This document shows positions 23,639 to 37,907 of a stretch of 64,000 nt of DNA, piece by piece. The notes under the pieces were generated by a model that did not search any database, was not told the DNA's origin, and worked only from the letters and a program-made list of their open reading frames with translations. A program made the position numbers and the translations under genes. This DNA is from Mustelus asterias (Eukaryota). Position 1 is the stretch's first letter, and every line of letters starts with the position of its first letter. The DNA lies in assembly GCF_964213995.1 (NCBI RefSeq), contig NC_135808.1:20584001-20648000 (forward strand), written 5' to 3'.

Positions 23639-24340
23639 TCATAGAATCACAGAATCCTGCATGCAGAAGGAGGCCATTTGGCCCATCAAGTCTGCACCAA
23701 CCACAATCCCACCCAGGCCCTATCCCCATAACTTCATATATTTACCCTAGCTAGTCCCCCTGACTCTGGGGGCAATTTAGCATGGCCAATCCACCTAACC
23801 CGCACATCTCTGGAGTGTAGGAGGAAACCGGAGCACCCAGAGGAAACCCACGCAGACACGGGGAGAATGTGCAGACTCCACACAGACAGTTACCCAAGGC
23901 GGGAATCGAACCTGGATCCCTGCGCTGTGGGAGGCAGCAGTGCTAATCACTGTGCCACAGTGGACTAACACATAAAGGTTTGGAACTATAAAATAATGTC
24001 AAATCAAAATATGCATTATTTCAGAGAAATATTATACTTAATAAATAAAGACCCTCTTTTGTATTCGGCACAGTGGCACAGTGGTCAGCACTGCTGCCTC
24101 ACTGCGCCAGGGACCCGAGTTCGATTCCTGACTCAGGTGACTGTATGTGTGGAGTTTGTACATAGTCTGCGTGGGTTTCCTCCCACAGTCTGAAAGGCGT
24201 GTTGGTTAGGATCATTGGCCATGCTAAATTCTCTCTCGGTGTACCCGAACTGGTGCTGGAGTGTGGCAACTAGGGGATTTTCACAATCACTGAATTACAG
24301 CATCAATGTAAGCCTACTTGTGACACTAATAAAAAAAACT
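23639..24340. mobile_element. HE1-like SINE (23639-23962, minus) and alternative-tail V-SINE (24067-24340, plus)
   Basis: Shared head and V-domain, different 3' tails. Confidence 0.8.
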
Positions 24341-25278
24341 TTTATTTTGGAACAATACAGAGGTTATTGCTTGTGATGTTCCCCACCAAATGTAAAGCTT
24401 TCCTCTGTCCATAATTCTGGCCAAAATCCCAGGCAGTTTATAACAAAGCAGCTGATCTCTACACTGGGATAAGGGACAGTTGAAGTTTGTGCCACTGAAT
24501 ACCTCACTAGTGACAAAGATCATTGAATTCTTCACTGTATTAAAGATAGAGTTTTAATATTAAACGATCAGCATCCTGGGGGTTACCATTGACTAGAAGC
24601 TGCACTGGACCAGCCATATACATACTGTGGCTACAAGAACAGGTCAAAGACTAGGAATCCTGCAACAAATAACTTACCTCTTGATTCCCCACAGCCTGTC
24701 CACCGTCTACAAGGCACAAGTCAGGAGTGTGATGGAATAGTCTCCATTTGCCTGGATGAGTGCAGCTCCAACAATACTCAAGAAGCTTAGCACTATTCAG
24801 GAGAAAGCAGCCCGATTGATTGCTACCCCTTCTACCAACATCGAATCCCTTCACCAGCAACACACAGTGGCAGTGTATGTACCATCCACAAGTTGCACTG
24901 CAGGAACTCGTCAAGGCTCCTTTGACAGCACCCTCCAAACCCACGACTTTGACCATCTATAAGGACAAGGGCAGCAGATACATGGGAACACCACTACCTG
25001 GAAGCTCCCCTCCAAGCCACTCATCCTGACTTGGAAATGTTAAGTGTTAAAGTTTCAAGTTAATGTATTATTGTCACAAGTAGGCTTATATCAACACTGC
25101 AATGAAGTTGCTATGAAAATCCCCCAGTCACCACATTATGGCAACTGTTCAGGTACACTGAGGGAGAATTTAGCATGGCCGATGCACCTAACCAGCACAT
25201 CTTTCGGACTGTGCGAGGAAACCGGAGCACCCGGATAAACTCACACAGACACATGGAGAAAGTGCAAACTCCACACAG

Positions 25279-25543
25279 TAAGAAGTCTCACAACACCAGG
25301 TTAAAGTCCAACAGGGTTTATTTGGAATCACGAGCTTTCGGAGCGCTGCTCCTTCATCAGGTGAGTGTTCGTCATCTGTAGTCCTTTCGGGATCTTGTCT
25401 GCTTTATTGCATCTTTGTAGAAACTTGATGAAGGAGCAGTGCTCCGAAAGCTTGTGATTCCAAATAAACCTGTTGGACTTTAACCTGGTATTGTGAGACT
25501 TCTTGCTGTGCCTACTCCAATCCAACGCCGGCATCTCCACATC
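25279..25543. mobile_element. Palindromic Penelope-derived element (family A) with hammerhead cores, inserted in a V-SINE
   Basis: Inverted arms taagaagtctcacaacaccaggttaaagtccaacagg. Near-perfect TSD aaa(c/t)tccacacag. CTGATGA..GAAA on minus at 25336-25360. Confidence 0.8.
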
Positions 25544-26235
25544 AAATTCCACACAGTGACAGGAGGAATTGAACCTGGGTCCCTGGCGCTGTGAGGCAGC
25601 AGTGCGAAAGTAAAAGTTAAAGTTTATATATTAGTCACAAGTAAGGCTTACATTACACTGCAATGAAGTTACTAACCACTGTGCCACACATTTATTTGAC
25701 ATAAATTTATTTATTTCACATAAATGGCACAAATTGTTCATTAAAAAACACACACCCGCTGACCAGGGGATGTGAGCTAGTTCGCATGAACTCCCGGTAA
25801 TTGATACAACGAGTTCGCTTGCAGGTACATCATTTTATCTTTTTTCGCAAGTTTGTGCTCATGTCTGGCCTGTGCACCCCAGCCAGACTGAGCTTCACAG
25901 TGCGGCTACTTCCCGTCCCCTTGCTCGCCGCTTCCACAAATAAACCCGCCCGTTTATCTTCGCAAGCGGTTTTGAATGGCTGACGACAGGTTCTATTTTA
26001 ATCCGCCGAAGCGGGCCGGATGAACACAAGCGCAAAAACCCATTCCCCACACGATCGTCTGTCCAGATCGTCTGTTCAGAGAGAAATAATTTGCAACAAA
26101 AAAAACTGCTTCTATCTTCAACGCCAACCCCAGATAGCTCGCTTTTAGGATGAGCAGAGGGGTGAAAAATGTCATCAAAAGGACATAGACATTCTTACAG
26201 AGAGAAAGATACCAACCAACACACACACACACACT

Positions 26236-26549
26236 TTGATTTGACTTATTATTGTCACATGTATTAATATACAGCAAAAAGTATTGTTTCCTGCACGGTA
26301 CACAGACAAAGCATACAGTTCATAGAGAAGGAAAGGAGACTGCAGAATGTAGTGTTGCAGTCATAGCTAGGGTGTAGAGAAAGATCAACTTAATGCAAGG
26401 TAGGTCCATTCAAAAGTCTGACGGCAGCAGGGAAGAAGCTGTTGTTGAGTCGGTTGGTACATGACCTCAGACATTTGTATCTTTTTCCCAATGGAAGAAG
26501 GTGGAAGAGTGAATGTCTGGGGTACGTGGGGTCCTTGATTATGCTGGCA
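26236..26549 (-). mobile_element. Rex1/Babar-type LINE 3' fragment
   Basis: ASIIKDPT..HSLFHLLP..RLNNSFFPAAVRLLN. Confidence 0.85.
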
Positions 26550-26706
26550 ATGACACACACAATGACATAGATATTCACACAGATATACGTGCACACAGTG
26601 TGGTAGAAATGTCCACGGAGGAACTAAAGCATTAATATAGATAAATCATTGAAGAAAAATTGATGCACTGATCGGCATGTTCACACAGGCAGATTCACAG
26701 ACTCAA

Positions 26707-28441
26707 ATCATAGAATCCCTACAGCGCAGAAGGAGGCCATTCAGCCCATCGAGTCTGCACCGACAACAATCCCACCCAGGCCCTATTCCCGCAACTCCAC
26801 TTACTTACCCTGCCAATCCCTCGATACTGAGGGGCAATTCAGCATGGCCAATCCACCTAACCCACACATCTTTGGACCATGGGAGGAAACCGAAGCATTC
26901 GGAGGAACCCCATGCAGACACAGGGAGAACGTGCAAACTCCGCATTCCAAGCCAGGTCCCTGGAGCTGTGAGGCAGCAGTGCCAACCACTGTGCCACTGT
27001 GCCATCCATAGGTGACATAGATATTCACACAGATATACATGCACATAGTGTGGTAGAAATGTCCACAGAGAAATAAAAGCATTAATATAGATAAATCATC
27101 AAAGAAAGGTTGTTGCACTGATAGACATGTTCACACAGCACAGAAGGAGGCCATTTGGTCCATCGAGTCTGCACTGACTTTCCAACAGAGCATCCCACTG
27201 AGCCCTATCCCTGTAACCCCACATATTTTACCCAGCTAATTCATCTAACCCACACATCTTGGTACATTAAGGGACAATTTAGCATGGCCAATCCATCCAC
27301 CTGCACATCTTTGGACTTTGGGAGGAAACCGGAGAACCCCGGCGGAAAACCACACAAACATGGTAGACATTTGTGTGGCGTTTACACATTCTACCCATGC
27401 CCGCGTGTGTTTCCTCCAGGTGTTCCAGTTTCCTCTTACAGTCCAAGGATTTACAGGTTAGGTTGATTGGCTAAATTGCCCTTAGTGTTAGGGGGATTAG
27501 CAGGGTAAACATGTGGGATTATGGGAATAGGGCCTGGGTGGGATTGTGGCCAGTGCAGACTTGATGGGCCAAATGGCCTCCTTCTGCACTGTAGGGATTC
27601 TGTGATTCTATCATGGGGAAAATGTGCAAACTCTACACAGTCACCCAAGGCTGGGATTGAACCCAGGTCCCTGGCACTATGAGGCAGCAGTGCTAAGCAA
27701 CCTGCTGCCGTGCCACACACTCAGACTCGGAGAGACCCAAATACAAAGTGAAGTTATGCTTCATTTGCACAGCAGGGCAACAGTGAGACAACATTTGCAG
27801 TGCTGTGTACAGTATCAGTCATCTTATTGAAGGAAGGATGTAAATGCATTGGAAGCAGTTCAGAGAAGATTTACCAGACTAATCGCTCGAATGAGTGGGT
27901 TGTCTAATGAGGCAAGATTGGACAGACTAGCTTTGTATCCGCTAGAGATTGGAAGTAAGAGGCGGCTTGATCAAAAGCTTTAAGATCCTGAGAGGCCATG
28001 AGAGCACAGCGACACAGTGGTGCCACTCCAACACTTAACAAGATTATGGTTGATCAGATATTAACCTCTAATCCCCGATAACTCATCACCCCTTTGCTGA
28101 TGACGAATTGATCACACAGTGGGTAGCACTGCTGCTTCACAGCACGAGGACCCGGGATGAATTCTGGCCTTGGGTCACTGTCTGTGTGGGGTTTGCATGT
28201 TCTTCCTGTGTCTGCATGGATTTCCTCTGGATACTCCCGTTTCCTCCCGCAGTCCAAAGATGTGCAGGTTATGTGGATTTGGTGATGTTAAATTGTCCCT
28301 TAGTTTCCCAAGATAGGTTAGGGGAATTGGTGGGGTAAATATGTGGGGTTACAGGGATAGGGCTTGGGTAAGATGCTGTTAGATAGTCGGTGCAAATTCG
28401 ATGGGCCAAACGGCCTCCCTCTGCACTGTCAGGATTCTATG
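26707..28441. mobile_element. Cluster of HE1-like SINEs and CR1 remnants
   Basis: At least four SINE copies or fragments in both orientations. Confidence 0.8.
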
Positions 28442-28809
28442 AGGGTCGTGAGTCTTTCGAACTGTCTTTGAATATTTTTAAGGCAGAGATGGATAAATTT
28501 CTGGTCAGCAAAGGGGTGCTGGGTTCCCGGGGTAAAGTTGGGGTGCAGATTTGAGGTTAATTTCAGATCAACCATGATCTGGCAGAGCAGCTCGAGGGGC
28601 TGAATGGCCAACTCCTGCTCTTTGTTTCTATGCTCTTATGACGGACACAACAGAGAGGTAGGAATCACAGACACACACACTGAAGCACACGCAGACACTC
28701 AGCACAGGTACGCCATCACAGCGCACAGAGGCAACACTGACAGATACCACACAGAGACACTCACACAGAAGTTATACAACAGAGACAAATTCACCGAGAC
28801 ACCAGAGTA

Positions 28810-31800
28810 CTCAGAGAGACACACTCACCGAGAGACACACTCACAGAGAGACACACTCACCGAGAGACACACTCACCGAGAGACACACTCACCGAGAGAC
28901 ACACTCACAGAGAGACATACTCACAGAGAGACACACTCACCGAGAGACACACTCACCGAGAGACACACTCACAGAGAGACACACTCACAGAGAGACACAC
29001 TCACAGAGAGACACACTCACCGAGAGACACACTCACCGAGAGACACACTCACCGAGAGACACACTCACAGAGAGACACACTCACAGAGAGACACACTCAC
29101 AGAAAGACACTCTCATCGAGAGACACTCGCACCGAGAGACACACTCACAGAAAGACACTCTCATCGAGAGACACTCGCACAGAGAGGCACTCTCGCAGAG
29201 AGACACTCTCGCAGAGAGACACTCTCGCAGAGAGACACTCTCACAGAGAGACACTCTCACAGAGAGACACTCTCACAGAGAGACACTCTCACAGAGAGAC
29301 ACTCTCACCGAGAGACACTCTCATTGAGAGACACTCTCACAGGGAGACACTCTCACAGGGAGACACTCTCACAGGGAGACACTCTCACAGGGAGACACTC
29401 TCACAGGGAGACACTCTCACAGGGAGACACTCTCACAGGGAGACACTCTCACAGGGAGACACTCTCACAGGGAGACACTCACACAGGGAGACACTCACAC
29501 AGGGAGACACTCACACAGGGAGACACTCACACAGGGAGACACTCACACAGGGAGACACTCACACAGGGAGACACTCACACAGGGAGACACTCACACAGGG
29601 AGACACTCACACAGGGAGACACTCACACAGGGAGACACTCACACAGGGAGACACTCACACAGGGAGACACTCACACAGGGAGACACTCTCACAGAGAGAC
29701 ACACTCACAGAGAGACACACTCACAGAGAGACACTCTCACAGAGAGACACTCTCACCGAGAGACACTCTCACCGAGAGACACTCTCACCGAGAAACACTC
29801 TCACCGAGAAACACTCTCACCGAGAAACACTCTCACCGAGAAACACTCTCACTGAGAAACACACTCTAGAGAGACACACTCACCAAGAGACACACTCACA
29901 GAGAGGCACACTCACAGAGAGACACACTCACAGAGAGACACACTCACAGAGAAACACACTAAACCGAGAGACACACTCACAGAGAGACACTCTCACAGAG
30001 AGACACTCTCACCGAGAGACACTCTCACCGAGAGACACTCTCACCGAGAGACACTCTCACCGAGAAACACTCTCACCGAGAAACACTCTCACCGAGAAAC
30101 ACTCTCACCGAGAAACACTCTCACCGAGAAACACTCTCACCGAGAAACACTCTCACCGAGAAACACTCTCACCGAGAAACACTCTCACTGAGAAACACAC
30201 TCTAGAGAGACACACTCACCAAGAGACACACTCACAGAGAGGCACACTCACAGAGAGACACACTCACAGAGAGACACACTCACAGAGAAACACACTAAAC
30301 CGAGAGACACATTCACAGAGAGACACTCTCACCGAGAGACACTCTCACAGTGAGACATTCTCATTGAGAGGCACACTCTTAGAGAGACACTCTCACCGAG
30401 AGACACACTCACAGAGAGACACTCTCACAGAGAGACACTCTCACCGAGAGACACTCTCACCGAGAAACACTCTCACCGAGAAACACTCTCACCGAGAAAC
30501 ACTCTCACCGAGAAACACTCTCACCGAGAAACACTCTCACCGAGAAACACTCTCACCGAGAAACACTCTCACCGAGAAACACTCTCACCGAGAAACACTC
30601 TCACCGAGAAACACACTCTAGAGAGACACACTCACCAAGAGACACACTCACAGAGAGGCACACTCACAGAGAGACACACTCACAGAGAGACACACTCACA
30701 GGGAAACACACTAAACCGAGAGACACATTCACAGAGAGACACTCTCACCGAGAGACACTCTCACAGTGAGACATTCTCATTGAGAGGCACACTCTTAGAG
30801 AGACACTCTCACCGAGAGACACACTCACAGAGAGACACTCTCACAGAGAGACACTCTCACAGAGAGACACTCTCACAGAGAGACACTCTCACAGAGAGAC
30901 ACTCTCACAGAGAGACACTCTCACAGAGAGACACTCTCACAGAGAGACACTCACACAGGGAGACACTCACACAGGGAGACACTCACACAGGGAGACACAC
31001 TCACCGAGAGACACACTCACCGAGAGACACACTCACCGAGAGACACACTCACCGAGAGACACACTCACAGACAGACACTCTCACAGAGGGACACTCTCAC
31101 AGAGAGATACACCTTCAGAGAGACACACTCATAGAGAGACATTCTCACAGAGCGACACACTCACAGAGAGACACATTCACAGAGAGACACATTCACAGGG
31201 AAACACACTAAACCAAGAGACACATTCAGAGAGTCACTCTCACCGAGAGACACTCTCACAGAGAGACACTCTCACAGAGAGACACTCTCACAGAGAGACA
31301 CACTCACCGAGAGACACACTCACCGAGAGACACACTCACCGAGAGACCCTCTCACAGAGAGACACTCTCACTGAGAGACAATCACAGACAGACACTCTCA
31401 CGGAGAGACACTCTCACTGAGAGACACATCCTCAGAGAGACACACACACACACAGAGACACTCTCACCGAGAGACACGCTCACCAAGTCACACTCACCGA
31501 GAGACACACTCACAGAGAGACATAGTCACAGAGAGATGCACTCAGCGAGAGACATACTATCAGAGAGACACTCTCACCGAGAGACATACTCAGAGAGAGA
31601 CACGCTCACCGAGACACTCTCACCAAGAGACACACTCACCGAGGCACACTCACCGAGAGACACACTCACAGAGAGACACTCTACCGAGAGACACTCTCAC
31701 CGAGAGACACTCTCACCGAGAGACACTCTGACTGAGACACTCACAGAGAGACACACCCTCAGAGAGACAGACTCACAGAGAGACATTCTCAGAGAGACAC

Positions 31801-32012
31801 TATCACAGAGAGACACACTCATGGAGTGACACACTCGCAGAGAGACCCACTCGCAGAGAGACACACTCGCCGAGAGACACACTCGCCGAGAGACACACTC
31901 ACAGAGAGACACACTCACAGAGAGACACACTCACAGAGAGACACACTCAGAGAGACACACTCAGAGAGACACTCTCATAGAGAGACACACTCAGAGAGAC
32001 ACACTCACAGAG
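28810..32012. repeat. ~3.2-kb minisatellite of 16-bp units (agagacacactcacag and variants) with higher-order duplications
   Basis: Direct reading. The marker ctctagagagacacactcaccaag recurs near 29865, 30200 and 30615. Confidence 0.97.
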
Positions 32013-32248
32013 AGAGCCTGCTCCACCATTCAACACGATCAGGGCTGATCTCAGCTTCAATTCCACTTTCCTTTCTGTCCCTCAGAAAGCTTAATTCCCT
32101 GAGAGACCAGACATCTGTCTTCGCAGTCTTAAACATGTTCAATGATGGAGCATTCACAACCCTCTGGGGTCGGCATCTCCAAATTCTCACAGCCATTTGA
32201 GTGAAGATGTTTGTCTTCATCTCAGTCCGAAAGGATCTTGCAGAAACA

Positions 32249-35200
32249 GGGGCAGCACGGTGGCGCAGTGGTTAGCACTGCTGCCTCACAGCGCCAGGGA
32301 CCTGGGTTCGTTTCCCGGCTTGGGTCACTATCTGTGCGGAGTTTGCACTTTGTCTGCATGGGTTTCCTCCGGTTTCCTCCCACAGTCCAAAGATGTTTGG
32401 GTTAGATTGATTGGCCATGCTAAATTGACCCTAGTTTTGGGGAAATTAGCAGGGTAAATATGTGGGGTTATGGGAATAGGGTGGGATTGTTGTCGGTGCA
32501 GACTCGATGGGCTGAATGACCTCCTTCTTTACTATCGGGATCCTATGATCTGCCCCTTTTTCTGACGCTGCACCACCATGTTTTACATTCCCCAACCAAT
32601 GGAGACAATCTCCCAGCGTCCACCCCATCAAAGCTCCCTTGGAACCTTGTATGCTTCAATAAAATCGCCTCTCTTCTTCTAAACTCCTGAGAATATCAAC
32701 CTGATTCACTCAGCCTCCCATCATAGAACAATCCCCTCATCCCAGGGACCAATTTAGTGAACCTTCGCTGTTGCAAGTATATCCTTTCTTAAACAAACAC
32801 AGAAAATGCTGGAAAATCTAAGCAGGTCTGACAGCATCTATGAGGAGAGAATAGAACCAACGTTTCAAGTCTAGATGACCTTTCCTTTCTTAAACGTGGA
32901 GACCACACCTGCACACAATATTCATACAATCCCTACAGTGCAGAAGGAGGCCATTCGGCCCATCGAGTCTGCACTGACCACAATCCCATCTAACCCCTGC
33001 CCCCGTATCTCCATTTATTTACCCTAGCCAGTCCCCCTGGCAATAAGGGAAAATGTAACCCCATTCCAGATATGGTCTTACAAAAATCCCTGTCGAACTG
33101 TAACAAGACTTATTTATCCCTGTGCTCCAATCCCTTTGCCATTAAGACCAATATTCTATTTGCTTTACTAATTGCTTGCTGCATCTGCGTGCCAACTTTC
33201 TGTGTTCCTTGTATGAGCACATCCATATCTCTTTTGACCTCAACACAAGTTTCACACTTTTCAAAAAGTATTTCTCTACTCTTACATCCAACGTGAATAA
33301 TTTCACAATTCTCTATACTATAGAAAACATAGGAAACCTTCAGTGCAGAAGGAGGCAATTTGACCCATAGAGTCTGCAGCGACAACAGTCCCACCGAGGC
33401 CCTATCCCCATAACGCCACATATTTACCCCGCTAATCCCTCCAACCTATGCATCCCGGGACACTAAGGGCAATTTAGCATTTTAGCCAATGCACCTAACC
33501 CGCACATCTTTGGACTGTGGGAGGAAACCGGTGCACCCGGAGGAAACCCACGCAGACATGGGGAGAACCTGCAAACTCCACACAGACAGTGACTGAAGCC
33601 GGGAATTGAACCCAGGTTTCTGGAGGCAGCAGTGCTAACCACTGTGTTACCGTGCTGCCCAAATTACAATACATATATTACGCTCCATCTTCCATCCCAT
33701 TGCCCACTCACCTACCCTGTCGATGCCTCTTTGCAGCCTCGCTGTGTGACCCCCATAGCTCACCTTCCCACCTAGCTTTGTAATATCAGTAAACATAGAT
33801 AAATTACTCTACGTCTCTTCATCTAAGTCATAAATGTAGATTGTAAATAGCTGAGGCCCCAGCATTGATGTCCCCTCATCCCCTCCACTCTGTGCAATGC
33901 AAATTCAATATGCCCTGTTTATCGGCCATTTGGCCCATCTTGTCTGTACCACCTCTCCAAACAAGCATCATGATTTAGTGCCATTCCTCTGCCTTTTTCC
34001 CAGTGACCCCTGCGCATTGCTTCCATTCAAATAATCATCTAATGCCCTCTTGATTGCCTCGATTGAACCTGTCTCCATCACACTGCCAGGCAGTGCATTC
34101 CAGACCCCAACCACTCGCTGCGTGAAAAAGTGTTTTCTCACATCACATTCGCTTCTTTTGACGATCACTTGAAATCTGTGCCCAGCTTCTACTTGCTGTC
34201 TGTTAACCAATCCTTTATCTCTGCTGCAATATTGGCCACAAATTTTTGGCCGTTGACGCTGGCGGAATTCTCTGGTCCCACCGGCAGTGCGCCAATGCCC
34301 ACGGATTTCCGGTCGGAGTGCGGTGACGTAATAGGGAATTCCCATTGACAGGAGCGGGACCAGAGAATTCCATTGCCAGCAAACAACATGCCACCTCCCG
34401 CCAGGGAATCTCGCCCAGTACTTCCAACCCTAGGAAGCTTCATCCCCAGGAAGGGCAGAACAGTGGCACAGTGGGTAGCATTGCTGTCTCACAGTGCCAG
34501 GGACCCGGGTTCGATTCCGGCCTCGGGTCACTATCTGTGTGGAGTTTGCACGTTCTCCCCGTGTCTGCTTGGGTTTCCTCCGGGTGCTCCAGTTTCCTCC
34601 CACAGTCCAAAAATGTGCGGGTTAGGTTGATTGGCCATGCTAAATTAACCCTTAGTGTCAGGGGGATTAGCAGGGTAAATATTTGGGGTTGCGGGAATAG
34701 GGCCTGGGTGGGATTGTGACCGGTGCAGACTCCATGGGCCGAATGGCCTCCTTCTTCACTGTTGGGATTCTATGATCTTGTCTAGTAACCGAAGGCAGAA
34801 TACATAATCTCAGCATCACGCAATCACACAGACATAAGACGCAGTCACACACCAGCACGATACAAATATATTCACATGGACACAGAAAGCACAGATACTG
34901 ACTAACACAAGATATACAAGGGTGGCAGAAAATAGACACTTACACATGGATGTATACGAGTTTGTTGTTGATGCAGGGTCTCACAGCCACATATTATTGT
35001 CACTGCCACAGCAAGTTCAACATGCGCTTCAATAACGCTCAAAGAGGTTCTCTCTCTAAGAGCGCTGGGGGTATACCTACACCACATGGTCTGCAACAGC
35101 AGCAATTCAAGAAGGCGGCACATCACCACTTGCTCAAGGACAGTTAGGGATAGGCAACACATCCTGGCCTAGCCAGCGAAAACCACACCCAGTAAGAGAA

Positions 35201-35965
35201 TCAAATAACAAATAAAACATTACCTCAATACAACAGTCACAAGCAAACAGCAAGGTTCATAATATTAAAGGATTCTGATAGTGTAATTAAGGAGAAACAT
35301 CTTCTCATGGGGGGAGGGTGGGTAATCTAAGGATAGAGATTTCCAATAATTGACAAAAAGAGAGAGGGTCATTTTTAATGTAACCCTACTGTGTAGAATC
35401 CGGAATGCACCATCTGAAAAGTTGATGGAAGAAAGTTCAAGAGTAACAGTCAATGGGGAATTGAATAAATGGCTGGAAAAGAAACAGACACATCGGAAGA
35501 TTAAAGGGCGAAGACCAGATTCTTCCAAAGAGCTAACATTGGCACAATGGGAAGAATGGCCTCCTTTTATTGAGCCGCTGGATTTTATGACGACCTACTC
35601 AAAACAGGGGCCCCTCCACAACATTGCGATAATCCATTTCTCAAAACAGTGGCACGGTGGCACAGTGGTTAGCACTGCTGCCTCACAGTGCTAGGGACCT
35701 GGGTTCAATTTCTGGCTTGGGTCACTGTCTGTGCGGAATTTGCACGTTCCCCCCGTGTCTGTGTGGGTTTCCTCTGGGTACTCCGGTTTCCTCCCACAGT
35801 CCAAAAGACGTGCGGGTTAGGTTGATTGGCCATGCTAAATTGACCCTAGTGTCAGCGGGATTAGCAGGGTAAACATGTGGGGTTGCGGGAATAGGGCCTG
35901 GGTGAGATTGTGGTTGGTGCAGACTCGATGGGCTGACTGGCCTCATTCTGCACTGTCGGGATTCC
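32249..35965. mobile_element. HE1-like SINEs (32249-32549 plus, 33328-33660 minus, 34460-34776 plus, 35648-35965 plus) among CR1 remnants
   Basis: Recognisable heads, V-domains and tails. Confidence 0.8.
34234..34416. mobile_element. Palindromic MITE-like non-autonomous DNA element
   Basis: Internal inverted repeat gaattctctggtccc / gggaccagagaattc. A related copy lies at about 37640-37777. Confidence 0.55.
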
Positions 35966-36818
35966 AGGACTCTAGGAAAACATTGGCAGGGAATCATTTG
36001 AAAAATAATTTGTTTTAAATGCTGGCAACAGTGTTGAGATGATCAAGGAAATTTCTGCAGCTACACAGCGGGTTTCTCAAGTGTTTATTTTGGTCCGACC
36101 AAGACTTCTTCTCTGAAACCCTGCTCAGACTTTTCTGTGTATGTGTGTGTTTTTTTTAGATTAACGTTATACAGTGGTTTCCCTTCTCTGAGAATCTGCA
36201 TGTCCTACTAAAGGCTGAAGGAACAGGGCCTTATTGGCCAGATAGCTGCAGCAGAACGTCAAACCTTTTACTGTTAAAATGAAAAGGAAGATTTGCAATA
36301 AGCCTGTGGACTAGTCCCCAGATTTTGACTCCAGGGCAGTGGGCTAAAGCTCTTGATTTATCAACCCACCCCCAAGACGACCTCTGTGGCCTTAAACCAG
36401 ATGGTCTCCAATGAGTCGTGTTACCCTGTTTTTTCTATTCATTGGTGGGACATGGGTGTCGCTGCCTGGCCAGCATTTATTGCCCATCCCTAGTTGCCCG
36501 AGGGCAGCTGAGAGGCAACCACATTGCCATGGCTCTGGAGTAACATGTAGGCCAGACCAGGTAAGGACAGCAGATTTCTTTCCCTATAATTCTAAAGGAC
36601 ATTACTGAGCCAGATGGATTCATGAATTCCCTTTAAGACATTGCCTGTTGCTTCCAATGGACTGTTTCCATCCATATTCTGGGTCCACAAAGAATGGATC
36701 AAATGAAGTCAACTTGGGAGCAGTTTCAACTTGCCAATGTTCAGGGGGACGACTTAACAAATTGATTGGCGCTCAATTGCTATCCCATCCCACCCTCTCC
36801 CCAGCACACCCCCCTACC

Positions 36819-36849
<31 letters not shown>

Positions 36850-37907
36850 TACACACACACACACACACCCCTACACAATCATCTCCATAGCTGTTGATGC
36901 CTTACCAATCGCTGTCGCCTCACTTTCCGCCCAAAGACCTGCTCATCTTCTCTGTTATGTCTCCCCTGCCTTGAATTCGTGGGTTAGGACAAAGTAATCT
37001 GCTTGCATTCTTCCAAAGTGACTTTACAGATTAGAGCACCGGTTGGGGGTGGGGGGTGGGGGGGGGGGGGGGGGGGGGGGGGAGGGGGAGGAGCAACCTC
37101 ACATCCTTGCATCATCAGCCCAAGTCTTGGGGAAGGCGGAGGGGATGCAAGCTCAAGAAGCAACACTCAGGTACCGCCAATCCCCACCAAATCCCATCCC
37201 CAGAATTTAGGATTGATCCTCAGCATTTCTGATACCATCTACTGCCTTAAGAAAGTAGATATTCTTGGTTGAGAATCAACTGAGCAGCAGGACAATGTTA
37301 CAATGATGAGGTTTACAAGAATGGTGTATTTTGCAATGGTGTGGTTAACTTAAGTTGAAACGAAGGGTTCACTTTGACCTATTCGGAAGCCTGGGTGGTT
37401 TGACAAAGATTAAAGGCGCGTTAAAGTTTACTGTTTTCGATTTTAAGACAATGGCAGTTGCACATGTGCTCACAGTGGATGGACTGTCAGTCTCCAAAGT
37501 CCCAGAATTGGGTTGCGAATGTTGTTGATTTTCTCTTCATTCGTTCGGGGGACTGACAGTGTCAGAATTTGTTCCCCACCCCTAATTGTCCTTCACCTGA
37601 CCTTACTTGGTCATTTCTGAAGGAAGTTAAAAGAGTCAATGGCCAGAATTTTCCAACCGTTCATGCCAGCGGGATTTTCCCATCCCGCTGCAGTGAATGG
37701 AAATTTGGTTTGTTGCCAAATTCTCCCTCTTCACTGCAGCAGGAGCATGGTATGAATGGGTGATAAGATCGTGCCCAATCACACTCACAGAATCACAGTG
37801 CAGAAGGCGGCAATCATGGCCCATCAAACTTCGGAGTGTGTGAATACCATCTCCCTGAGTTATGTTGCAAACAACTGTGCTTTAAACTGCCATTTATGTC
37901 CATAGTC

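Noticed and set aside
28604-29869. 421-aa His/Arg/Thr-rich ORF
   Set aside because: It is the translation of the 16-mer minisatellite, with no domain or splice context
36985-37095. Poly-G/poly-Pro ORFs and G-quadruplex-like tracts (also 10990-11022, 50355-50490)
   Set aside because: Simple low-complexity runs common in shark assemblies, with no functional evidence
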